64,000 nt of DNA from Amphiscolops sp. MND2022 (taxonomy: Eukaryota): assembly GCA_964187785.1 (NCBI GenBank), contig OZ076410.1, forward strand, positions 11,842,001 through 11,906,000, written 5' to 3'. Position 1 is the first letter of the stretch. Each line of letters begins with the position of its first letter. The notes below the pieces were generated by a model. It searched no databases. It worked only from the letters and a program-made list of their open reading frames with translations, and was not told the DNA's origin. The translations under genes were made by a program, and so were the position numbers. Shown one piece after another: positions 9,880-18,827 of the stretch.

Positions 9880-12144
9880 TCACTTCCCTGGCATCTTACG
9901 TGACTCCTTTAGTGGACCTGTCTTTGCTTCGTGCACACTCGAAGTTGCCGGCTGTTGTTGCGTCGGCACTGGAGTGGTCTCACGTGACTCCTCGTGGACG
10001 TCGTCTACAGCAGCCGCCGTGTCGCGTTGTACTTCGCCACCGCGCAGCACTGCTGTCATCCACCGTCGCACAGCATACATCTTCCCCCACTTGACCGTCC
10101 ACCCCACAACAGCTATAAGTATAAGCATAAGTAAAGTAACAATGCATGGGAGAATAACATCCTTCCAAATCTTTCTGATGACGGTCGAATGGACCTTTTC
10201 CACCTCCACTAGGAAGGGTTGCGCAATTGCATCCAGCATCTCTTCGGTCACCGCTCGATCCGGTAAACCAGCTAAATTCAATTTTAAATGAGAAAGTAAT
10301 TCCTGGTGGACGTCTCCCATTAACGAGGGAGGGATGACTTCTTCGAGGGATTTTAAATTGTCAAACAGGGGTCGTAGCAAAGGAGTGGGTAAAATGCGAA
10401 CGATTTCACTACTGTCAGTTTCCATACAACTAATAGGGTCGGGAGTGAGGAATAACCCGGCATTTGGGAGTTGCAATCGCCCATTACAGGAAGGCCTTAC
10501 TAAGCAACTTTGGCAGCCCGGTACTCTTATTTCTGCTCGAGCAGTCATGTTCTGAATGGTGAAATCTCCCTTTGCGGACGTTAGGAGATATGTAGAGTCA
10601 TAAAGATATACCGCCTGAGGGTGTTGAGGGAGTGCCACGACCTCTTGAGCACATAGTTTCAGAACGGTGGCAGGCAGATTAAAGAACAGACCCGTGAGAC
10701 AGGAGGTCTTTTGCGATTTCGTGGTTGAAAAGGGTTGTTTACAGAGTCTTAGGCGGTGAGAGCCCCAACAGTGCGTCGAAAGTTCCTGCTCACTAACCTC
10801 CGCGAAATTGGTTTTGTCCCACGACATTAGCAAGTGTGTTTTACTAAGTTGATACTGCGTAGCCCTTTCAGTGTTTGGAATGGGCTGAGGGATGGGGGTA
10901 GCTCTATATACCTCGTGCACTCCATGTCCTGTATACATGGGTATTTCTAACAAAAGATGCAATCCTTCATTCGATATATATGCGTCCCTGACTACCTCAA
11001 AAGAGTAATAGGCGGCGATCAATTTCCTGGGTATAGCCTCGTTTAACCCGTTTACGTCGAAGGAATCAAGTATTTTTACCAACGTCGACGGAGGGATTAA
11101 AGATATCGGCAGATATCCGTGCACCAAAGAAGACATAGCGTCCTGCAAAATGGATGCCATATTTGCTAGCGAAATTCGTCTCTGATTAATATCATTTACT
11201 ATGCGTCGATACTGAGTGGTTAGGTTTTGGAACGCTGCCGCCATTATCAAGGTGTTTCGATGGCGATCTTGAGTTAGTCTCGCGACGCACTCCGCTTTTT
11301 CCACGTAATCGTAAATTTCGTCTACTACACTGTTAATCGTTCCGTTTAACATCTGCACATTTTCATCCACGGTCTGTTTAAGTGCAACCAACTCCCTAGT
11401 ACTGACATCTACCGGCATTTGAACCGTGAGCGCTTCAAGCAACTCTGTTTTCAGGTACAACACAGTTTCCTCTAAATACTCGACCTTCCGGGCCAACTCT
11501 TCGATTTTTCGGCGATCTGTTTCCTTACATGTGGAACCGAACGGAATTAACTTGTCCACAAAACATGATACTGAATCGGACCAAGGTTGGAAAAGGGGGC
11601 GAAGAAAAATTCGCGATAGCTCACTCCCTAACATCGATCCGGCGATCGCGCCAACAACGGATCGTGATAAACGGTCAGGTTTGCCGGTGGGAACATCATC
11701 GACCGTATGATTGAGGAACACTGTTAGCGATTTTTTCATGGCCAGCCAATCGTGCTGGAACATTCGATGGCTTTGGAATATTTCCGCTAGGTTGTCTTGC
11801 AAAAAGCGTTTCCAATATTTAAACAAATGAGGGTCAGCGCATTCTCGCGAAAACATCCGTAGGTCTAGGTCGGTCAGCCGGTTTAGCGCATTTTCTAAGA
11901 TTCGGTTCAACGGCTCCGGGTCTAAGTGGGGCACTTGGGGAAAGGGGAGGAAAGTCCACAGCGTTTTTACTGCCTTGACAAGCACCACCGGAGGTTCAGG
12001 AGTAAAAGCCGCTCCGGAGATTGAATGAGTTCCGTTAACGATACCGGGTCTTCCGAGTTTCCTCTGAAAATCGTAAGGATCGAACGAGTTTTGCCCAAAA
12101 ATACCAAAAATAAGGTATAACACAAGGAATAATACGGTTTTCAT
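9880..12144 (-). CDS. env: Element 1 envelope glycoprotein, class I fusion / errantivirus-baculovirus F-like (754 aa)
   Basis: Signal peptide MKTVLFLVLYLIFGIFG; RLSR|SVVGAIAGSMLG cleavage site and fusion peptide; heptad region; Cys-rich region; TM VILPCIVTLLMLILIAVVGWTV; N-glycosylation sequons. Confidence 0.85.
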   Translation of the reverse strand: MKTVLFLVLYLIFGIFGQNSFDPYDFQRKLGRPGIVNGTHSISGAAFTPEPPVVLVKAVKTLWTFLPFPQVPHLDPEPLNRILENALNRLTDLDLRMFSRECADPHLFKYWKRFLQDNLAEIFQSHRMFQHDWLAMKKSLTVFLNHTVDDVPTGKPDRLSRSVVGAIAGSMLGSELSRIFLRPLFQPWSDSVSCFVDKLIPFGSTCKETDRRKIEELARKVEYLEETVLYLKTELLEALTVQMPVDVSTRELVALKQTVDENVQMLNGTINSVVDEIYDYVEKAECVARLTQDRHRNTLIMAAAFQNLTTQYRRIVNDINQRRISLANMASILQDAMSSLVHGYLPISLIPPSTLVKILDSFDVNGLNEAIPRKLIAAYYSFEVVRDAYISNEGLHLLLEIPMYTGHGVHEVYRATPIPQPIPNTERATQYQLSKTHLLMSWDKTNFAEVSEQELSTHCWGSHRLRLCKQPFSTTKSQKTSCLTGLFFNLPATVLKLCAQEVVALPQHPQAVYLYDSTYLLTSAKGDFTIQNMTARAEIRVPGCQSCLVRPSCNGRLQLPNAGLFLTPDPISCMETDSSEIVRILPTPLLRPLFDNLKSLEEVIPPSLMGDVHQELLSHLKLNLAGLPDRAVTEEMLDAIAQPFLVEVEKVHSTVIRKIWKDVILPCIVTLLMLILIAVVGWTVKWGKMYAVRRWMTAVLRGGEVQRDTAAAVDDVHEESRETTPVPTQQQPATSSVHEAKTGPLKESRKMPGK

Positions 12145-12509
12145 CTTTAGTATGGGGTGGTTTCAAGGGGTTTAAGCACCCTAAGCTAACTAATTCGAGG
12201 AGGAACTATATATATATATATATTTTTTTGTTTTTGTTAGTTGATGAGGTATTGTGGAGAACTTCGAATACAGAGGAGAGCTGCTGTATTATTTAAGAAG
12301 TATTCAAGGCAAGAAGGCAACTGGCGTATAAAACAAAAAAATGTGAAGTGGTGAACGTTCACGAGCGTGCGTCGCAAAAGGTGATCATCACTTCACGTAC
12401 CGATTGGCGTCCGTATTTTAGTCAGCCTAATCGGCTTTCAATACGAGGGCGAGTTTGCAGTACTCCGAGCGGTCATACTCGCTAAACGACCTATTCGGAG
12501 TCTTCGGCG

Positions 12510-15500
12510 CTACTTTCGCCGAGAGGTGTAGTCATCGATTCCGAAACGAACGGGCGGTTTACGTTGCCGGGACCTACAAGGTTCCGAGCTACTCTCGCTC
12601 GCTTCTACTTCTTCTATTCTCGGAGAGGGGTCACCACCCTCCGAAATCTCTTCGTAAACATGAGTTTGATCAGCGACTGATCCTTCGGGGATGTCAACAT
12701 ATAAGGGATTAGGTTCAGGGCATTCTTCGTCACTTGCCTTTTCCGCGACTTTCGGTACGTCATCGAACGTCACGTGCGGTTTGTTACGAGCGGCTTGTGA
12801 TTCAGCGGTTGTCGGGTTGAACACATTGAATGGGAGACCATCTATTTCACTTTCAGTCTCCTCTGAAATATTTGGCAATTCTTCGTAATTAGAGACCACG
12901 AGTTTCTTTCGGCGTTCGGATCTGCGAGGCGGAGTATCACCGACGAAAGGTTTTAACCGATTGAAATGGACTTTCTGCCATTTTTCGGGAGCACTTTTCT
13001 TACAGATACGGTAATTGACTTCGCTGGTACGACTCAAGACTTCATAGGGACCTTGCCACGGCAAGTAAAACTTTCGCGACTTTGCCTTATGCGGTTCCAA
13101 TAGCCACACGAGATCTCCTGGTTCGAATGGTTCGCCGTGTACTTTGCGATGATAGTAGTCTTTTTGACGGCGCTGTTCTTTCCCCATAGTCATTTGCGCA
13201 TGTTCATGCACCTCGTACAATTTTTCATTCAATTCAGCGGCTGGTTCGCTTAATTCTAAACGAGGATCGCCAGGCGGTTTTGGATAATACAAATCGATTG
13301 GATACTGCGCTTCTTTGCCGAACAACATCGAGAACGGGGTCGTTCCTGTCGTCCTATGCACCGTAGTATTATACACAAAAACAACATGCGGCAAATATAA
13401 GTCCCATTCCTGAGGTCTCTCTGCACAATACTTGGAAATTGTGTCGGCAATTACGCGATTGAATCGTTCGACTTGTCCATTGCCTTGTGGATGATACGGG
13501 GACGTTCTTGTCTTATCAATCATGAAAATTTTACAGACGTCGTGCATCATTTCACTATTAAAGTTCGTCCCTTGGTCGGTGTGAATCACGTCGGGAGCGC
13601 CGAACTTAGTAATCCACTCCTCTACTATCGCTGTTGCTACTGTAGTAGCCGTCATGTCTTTCAGCGGAACCGCCACAACGTATTTAGTGTACAAGTCAGA
13701 CATTACTAATATATACTTGGACAACGAGCGCTTTGCTAACGTGACTGGTCCTAGAATGTCGGCCGCCATTACTTTAAACGGCGCTTGCACCTCGAAAGGA
13801 TGCAGTTCCGCTCGCCGCGGCTTCCCGGCTGTGGAACGTGCTGCGCAGCGAAGACAACTCGCTACATGCATCTCTACGCTCGAACGTAAAGCAGGCCACC
13901 AAAATCGTTGCTTAATGCGTGCTAAAGTTTTTTCTACAGCGAAGTGACCGCCACTCAATGGCGAGTCGTGTAACTGATAGAGGATCTCTTTTCTCATTTC
14001 CTTTGGCACGACTGCCTGCCAAACTTCATGTGTGCGGTTATTGGGACGCCACCTTCGATACAATACGTTGTTCTCTAATGCTAAACTTTCCCAATTGCTC
14101 CACAGTTCCAATGCCTCGGGGCAGTTCCATGACAACGCTGTTTCCTTGGAAATCGGATTAAGACCGAGATTAGCCATCGAGTCGCTTAGGGACAATTCTG
14201 CATCCTTCATAGCTCGGAAAAGGATTCCCATCGCTGGATCTAAGCGTTGTTTGTTAGCCAGGTCGCTATCGGATTTAGTCCACGATATACGCCTTCCCAC
14301 TTGGCCCGTTGATAACATTTCCTCCGGCATCGCCGTGGCGCAGCACGTATCAGGGTCTCGGGAACGACTAGTCGATGTCCGAGGTTCTACGTTTGGATAT
14401 AGCGGTAAATCTTGTTCGGGAGTGTAAACCGTTACCGTACAATACATTCCTTGAAACACTGTCTCTAAGCAAATTGCCACGTTAATCCATTCCAAACGGT
14501 CATCGATACAGCCTATCCTAGGCATTGCGAAAGCCGACACTCCATGAATATTCGCATGCGACCACATTCGCCTTAAACACTTTTTCAAATCATCGTATGT
14601 GGCTACGTTGTGTTCGTTTTTTCTAGTTATCAACACGTAGATGTATCGCGCCTTCTCTTCGTCTCTATACACAAGAAATCCACCGACTTGATTCAATGAC
14701 TCGGGCAGCGGTCGCAAATGGGAATACCTGCATACAAAAGTTATCATTGGGAGATTAAGCACGCGCATCTCGGCAGATGCACAGAGGACTAGCGCGTCCC
14801 CAGCGTTAATAAATTCTCCGGTCTTATAACGGACGACTTCTCTCGGTGGACGGTGGATATGTAAACGCACGTGTCTATTTACGAACTCGTCGTCCTCGTT
14901 CGCATCGTTTTTCTTGCTTCGGGCTGACTTAACATCCTGTTCCGCATCTAGTAGCGCGGTGTCAAAATTTTCAAATTCGGGAATGGGACCTCTCAAGTCC
15001 TCTTCCTCGCCAGGCATCCATTCTGGCACGTCGTTTGGCCGCCTACTTAATCCGTCCGCGTTACAGTGGTGTTGGCCTGCTCGATGCACTATTTTGTAGT
15101 CGTACTCTTGCAGCTTTTGGATCATTCGGAACGTCATTCCGTCGGCGTTCTGCCGGAATAGCCACTGGAGGCTCGCGTGATCCGTTCTAATTATACACTT
15201 CGTTCCGTATATGTACGGTCTAAACCACTGCACGGCTTGGACTACGCCGAGAGCTTCCCGTTTAGTAGTGGCGTAATTCACTTCGGTTTTTGTCAATACT
15301 CTAGACTCGAAAGCAATCGGGTACTCGGTTCCATCTACTACTTGCGACAGCACTGCTCCAAGAGCAGTTTCGCTTGCGTCCGTATCAATCACAAAAGGGA
15401 GCGAAAAATTCGGAAATGCTAGTATTGGACCGGCTAGCAGTCGCTCCTTGAGTGTACAAAAAGCTTCTTCGTGTTCGTCGTTCCACGTAAATTTCGTTCC

Positions 15501-17360
15501 TTTACTAGTTAGCAAGTAGAGTGGCCGAGCCACTTCGGCAAAATTTTTCACAAATTTCCGATAGTAATTGCAAAATGCCGTGAATGAGCGGACTTGTGTC
15601 ACATTTTTCGGTCGTTCCCATGTCCGAATGGCTTCTAACTTTTTCGGGTCTGGCTGAATGCCTTTTTGGTTAATGACGTGGCCGAGATAGTGAACTTCGT
15701 TTTGGAACAAATTGCATTTTTTTGGCTTCAATTTCAAACCGGCCATTCTCAATACTTGAAATACTTTCCTCAGGTGTGCTAAATGTTCTTCCGGTGTTTT
15801 ACTGTATGTCAAGACGTCGTCAAGAAATATTAACACGAACTGATACAAAAATTCCTTGAAGACATCATTCATGTATCTTTGGAACGTCGGAGGAGCATTG
15901 GTCAAGCCGAACGGCATCTTCAAGCATTCATAGAGTCCTCCATCGGGAGTACAAAACGCTGTTTTATGACGATCCTCCGGTGCGACAGGGATTTGCCAAT
16001 AGCCGCTGGCCAAGTCAAGGGACGAGAAAACTCCCGCTCCCTGTAGCGCGTCTATCGTCTGGCCGATCCGCGGCAACGGATACGCATCCTTCACTGTCAC
16101 TTCGTTCAACTTACGATAGTCGATGCACATCCGATTAGAGCCGTCTTTCTTCGGGACCATTACAATCGGACTGCTATACGGACTTTTACTCGGAACGATT
16201 ACTTTCTTTTCTATCATTTCGTTAATTTCGGCTCGGATCGCATCTAATTTATGTGGAGCGATTTTGTACGGAGGAATTTTTATTGGCGGCGAGTTCTCTA
16301 TATCAATTTTGTGTTCAATTCCTACCGCTGTCCCGAGAGGGTCCTTAGGTAGGGAAAACACATCACGATACTCGCGAATCAGCGTTCGCAGTTCTTCCTT
16401 TATTTCGGCACTTTCGAGATCCGACGTGGCTAAATTGAGAATTTCGTCAACGTCTCTCTCTAATTCGTCGTTTAGTTCGGTGGCCACAGAGACATGGTCT
16501 GGAGCGGGTATTGTGTCGAACACATAAGCTTCGTTTCCAGGGGAAGGGACATGTCTTCCGCCGAGTTGCATTGGCACTACGACCGTAGAACGGTCCGGTT
16601 TTTTAATCACGAGCTCTTGCGATACAACGTTCGGATAAATTTTGCTTTCTATCATGAATTTTAGTCCCATCAGGACTTCTGGGTACAATCCATCAACGAC
16701 GACGAATTCGTCTTCGGCAACGAGATCTCCAATTTTCACCATTGCCTTCATGAGTCCTCTAGTGGACATAACGTTGCCTACCGGACCTATCAACGAACTT
16801 TGGTTCGGAACGATCTCATTTCCTAGCTCGGTCGCTAGAGTACTACTGATTAGGCTGTTACTCGCACCGGTGTCTACTATGGCCCAACAGCATTGGTCCT
16901 CGACTTGATAGGGAACAAGCAAGCCTGAACCTTTGACAAATTTTCCCGCAGCTATTGCATGTGGGGCTTCCCTTTCATTAGATTTTGCGCACGCATTTTT
17001 GACCCCATTGAATTTTTCAAGTTCTTCCGGGTCTCCTTTCGGAAGGATTTTTACGGATCCTGGTTCTAAAGAATTAAAACCGGTTTCGGAGGGTTCTACT
17101 AGGGGACTATTTACATTTGGGGGTTCGATATTAGTATAAAAGCCTCCGGGTCCTGATTCTTGGCACATCTCTTCCCAAGTTTTAGGGTTTACGTACCGCG
17201 ATCTATTTTTAATTCCGTAACGATTTTCGGCGCTGCGGGAGCGTGATCGTGCGTGATACGGCGTGGAACCTTTGTTAAGAATTGTAGCAGACCTAAGAGG
17301 GTTGGGGTCTCCAGCACGGGTGGAACCTGCTACTGCGCACCCGGCCGTTTCCAGTTTAAA
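12510..17360 (-). CDS. pol: Element 1 pol: protease-RT-RNase H-macrodomain-integrase (reached by -1 frameshift from gag)
   Basis: AIVDTGAS; DAYPLPRI, MPFGL, FLDD; DASETALGAVL; TARG1-like insert (~14425-14840); HHCC zinc finger; integrase D-D-E (AADILGP, HTDQG, QVERFN); GPY. Frame is open up to the slippery site at 17360. Confidence 0.95.
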   Translation of the reverse strand, partial: FKLETAGCAVAGSTRAGDPNPLRSATILNKGSTPYHARSRSRSAENRYGIKNRSRYVNPKTWEEMCQESGPGGFYTNIEPPNVNSPLVEPSETGFNSLEPGSVKILPKGDPEELEKFNGVKNACAKSNEREAPHAIAAGKFVKGSGLLVPYQVEDQCCWAIVDTGASNSLISSTLATELGNEIVPNQSSLIGPVGNVMSTRGLMKAMVKIGDLVAEDEFVVVDGLYPEVLMGLKFMIESKIYPNVVSQELVIKKPDRSTVVVPMQLGGRHVPSPGNEAYVFDTIPAPDHVSVATELNDELERDVDEILNLATSDLESAEIKEELRTLIREYRDVFSLPKDPLGTAVGIEHKIDIENSPPIKIPPYKIAPHKLDAIRAEINEMIEKKVIVPSKSPYSSPIVMVPKKDGSNRMCIDYRKLNEVTVKDAYPLPRIGQTIDALQGAGVFSSLDLASGYWQIPVAPEDRHKTAFCTPDGGLYECLKMPFGLTNAPPTFQRYMNDVFKEFLYQFVLIFLDDVLTYSKTPEEHLAHLRKVFQVLRMAGLKLKPKKCNLFQNEVHYLGHVINQKGIQPDPKKLEAIRTWERPKNVTQVRSFTAFCNYYRKFVKNFAEVARPLYLLTSKGTKFTWNDEHEEAFCTLKERLLAGPILAFPNFSLPFVIDTDASETALGAVLSQVVDGTEYPIAFESRVLTKTEVNYATTKREALGVVQAVQWFRPYIYGTKCIIRTDHASLQWLFRQNADGMTFRMIQKLQEYDYKIVHRAGQHHCNADGLSRRPNDVPEWMPGEEEDLRGPIPEFENFDTALLDAEQDVKSARSKKNDANEDDEFVNRHVRLHIHRPPREVVRYKTGEFINAGDALVLCASAEMRVLNLPMITFVCRYSHLRPLPESLNQVGGFLVYRDEEKARYIYVLITRKNEHNVATYDDLKKCLRRMWSHANIHGVSAFAMPRIGCIDDRLEWINVAICLETVFQGMYCTVTVYTPEQDLPLYPNVEPRTSTSRSRDPDTCCATAMPEEMLSTGQVGRRISWTKSDSDLANKQRLDPAMGILFRAMKDAELSLSDSMANLGLNPISKETALSWNCPEALELWSNWESLALENNVLYRRWRPNNRTHEVWQAVVPKEMRKEILYQLHDSPLSGGHFAVEKTLARIKQRFWWPALRSSVEMHVASCLRCAARSTAGKPRRAELHPFEVQAPFKVMAADILGPVTLAKRSLSKYILVMSDLYTKYVVAVPLKDMTATTVATAIVEEWITKFGAPDVIHTDQGTNFNSEMMHDVCKIFMIDKTRTSPYHPQGNGQVERFNRVIADTISKYCAERPQEWDLYLPHVVFVYNTTVHRTTGTTPFSMLFGKEAQYPIDLYYPKPPGDPRLELSEPAAELNEKLYEVHEHAQMTMGKEQRRQKDYYHRKVHGEPFEPGDLVWLLEPHKAKSRKFYLPWQGPYEVLSRTSEVNYRICKKSAPEKWQKVHFNRLKPFVGDTPPRRSERRKKLVVSNYEELPNISEETESEIDGLPFNVFNPTTAESQAARNKPHVTFDDVPKVAEKASDEECPEPNPLYVDIPEGSVADQTHVYEEISEGGDPSPRIEEVEASESSSEPCRSRQRKPPVRFGIDDYTSRRK

Positions 17361-18652
17361 TGGTCCTGTTTAGCCCTCTGCGGGCAGTCTCTGGCAAAAT
17401 GTCCTATTTCCTTACAACTAAAGCACTCAGCAACGGAGGGGGGTGGATTAGTTATAGTTACATGGCCCGAACCTGTCCTAACTTGAGACGCACTACTGTT
17501 AGGAGTTAACTGAGAAAGTAGAGGCTGGGACTGCCACTGTTGCGACTGTACACCACCGCGACTCTGCGCACTCCCCAATGCTCCCACAATCGCTGTGGAG
17601 ATTGAGGTGGGCAAATCTTGTATTTGTTTTACAAAGAGGTCAGTCTGTTTGCAGATATTGGAATCTAAACGGTCTAAGCGACTTGCAACGTTAGTCATTG
17701 AGGTCTGTAGGGCTGCAAATTTTTCTTCGATTACGGGGTTATTGGAGTTGGGATAACCAGCTCGAACTACGTCTAGTTGATCGCAATCTTCCTGACAATA
17801 TCGAATTTTGTCGGCCCGAAGAGGCCTTTTATTTTCCGAATTTTTCTGAATCAGTTCAAGTTCTTGTGCTCTTTGTAGGATTTCACAAAAATTCCTCTCT
17901 GTTTCATCTTCATACAATTTCTGTTGAATTCGAGAATCAAAAAGTCCTTCCAAAAATTGATCACGCAGATCAGGGTCTCTTTCAGCCAGTGTTTTTTCAG
18001 AAAAAGCTAATTCTCCCAATTGACGGACCCGTCGGGCATATTCTTTTAGATTTTCACTTTCTAGCTGACGAATCGCCTTAAATTCGGATCGCGTTGCCCG
18101 TTTACTGCGGTACTGTTGCATTTTAGGTTTCAGCTCTTCCAGCAACCACTCCAAGCGGGGTGCTGTTTGGCCTGGTAATTTTTCAACAAAACGGCGCGGA
18201 ACTGTTTCGAATTCTTCCACTGCCCAAGAAGTTAAACAAGCAGGCAATGCGGCAATGGCTTGGCGATCATTCCAACCATTTGCTTTAACGACGGATTTGT
18301 AGTGTTTAACCCAGAGCTCCCAACGATTAAAATCTTTTCCCGGAAATTTTTCTGGTTTAATAGGCGATTTTTGGTAAACTGCTTTAGTTTTCCCACTACT
18401 CCCGGGGTAACATGATAAAGATTCGTCTGAGTCATATCCGGCCTCCAATTTTACATGTTCCATTTCCAACATCAAATCCATCAATTTTCGTTTCGCTGTC
18501 TCTTTTCGTTCTTTTTCGTTCGTATATTTATCCCAAGAATAAGTAAACGCTGACTTACTAGAGAGGGGTTTACTACCACCTGAGCCGTCGCCTTCGGCGG
18601 GCTTGGAAGAGTCGGGGGGCGAGTCGAGATCGTGGGTTTCTTCTTCTGACAT
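17330..18652 (-). CDS. gag: Element 1 gag (440 aa from ATG)
   Basis: KPEKF...W..HY..V..AN.W capsid-like N-terminus; CCHC knuckle CFSCKEIGHFARDC. Confidence 0.92.
   Translation of the reverse strand: MSEEETHDLDSPPDSSKPAEGDGSGGSKPLSSKSAFTYSWDKYTNEKERKETAKRKLMDLMLEMEHVKLEAGYDSDESLSCYPGSSGKTKAVYQKSPIKPEKFPGKDFNRWELWVKHYKSVVKANGWNDRQAIAALPACLTSWAVEEFETVPRRFVEKLPGQTAPRLEWLLEELKPKMQQYRSKRATRSEFKAIRQLESENLKEYARRVRQLGELAFSEKTLAERDPDLRDQFLEGLFDSRIQQKLYEDETERNFCEILQRAQELELIQKNSENKRPLRADKIRYCQEDCDQLDVVRAGYPNSNNPVIEEKFAALQTSMTNVASRLDRLDSNICKQTDLFVKQIQDLPTSISTAIVGALGSAQSRGGVQSQQWQSQPLLSQLTPNSSASQVRTGSGHVTITNPPPSVAECFSCKEIGHFARDCPQRAKQDHLNWKRPGAQ
17354..17360 (-). promoter_or_regulatory. -1 ribosomal frameshift slippery site U_UUA_AAC (element 1)
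   Basis: Gag frame CAT TTA AAC; the -1 frame opens just upstream and runs into pol; a CGGGTG...CACCCG stem follows. Confidence 0.8.
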
Positions 18653-18809
18653 CTCTGCGGGTGAGAAAAGGACGTGGGGGCAGCCAAAAAACAAGGATGA
18701 TGGAAGATAAGAAGATTGAAATTAGGAAAATCAAAGGAAAGTTGAGGGAATGCAAGAAGGGGGTGTAAATCGAGGATAAAAGGGATTGCAACAGAAATAA
18801 AGGAATAGG

Positions 18810-18826
18810 CCCACCCAGGAGCGCCA
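18810..18826 (-). promoter_or_regulatory. Element 1 primer binding site
   Basis: TGGCGCTCCTGGGTGGG begins 1 nt after the 5' LTR; cognate tRNA not identified. Confidence 0.75.
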
Positions 18827-18827
18827 A

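Noticed and set aside
12455-18827. Many 60-135 aa ORFs overlapping gag and pol of element 1 (similarly 45493-51450 in element 2)
   Set aside because: Shadow frames of long coding regions, with no independent signals.
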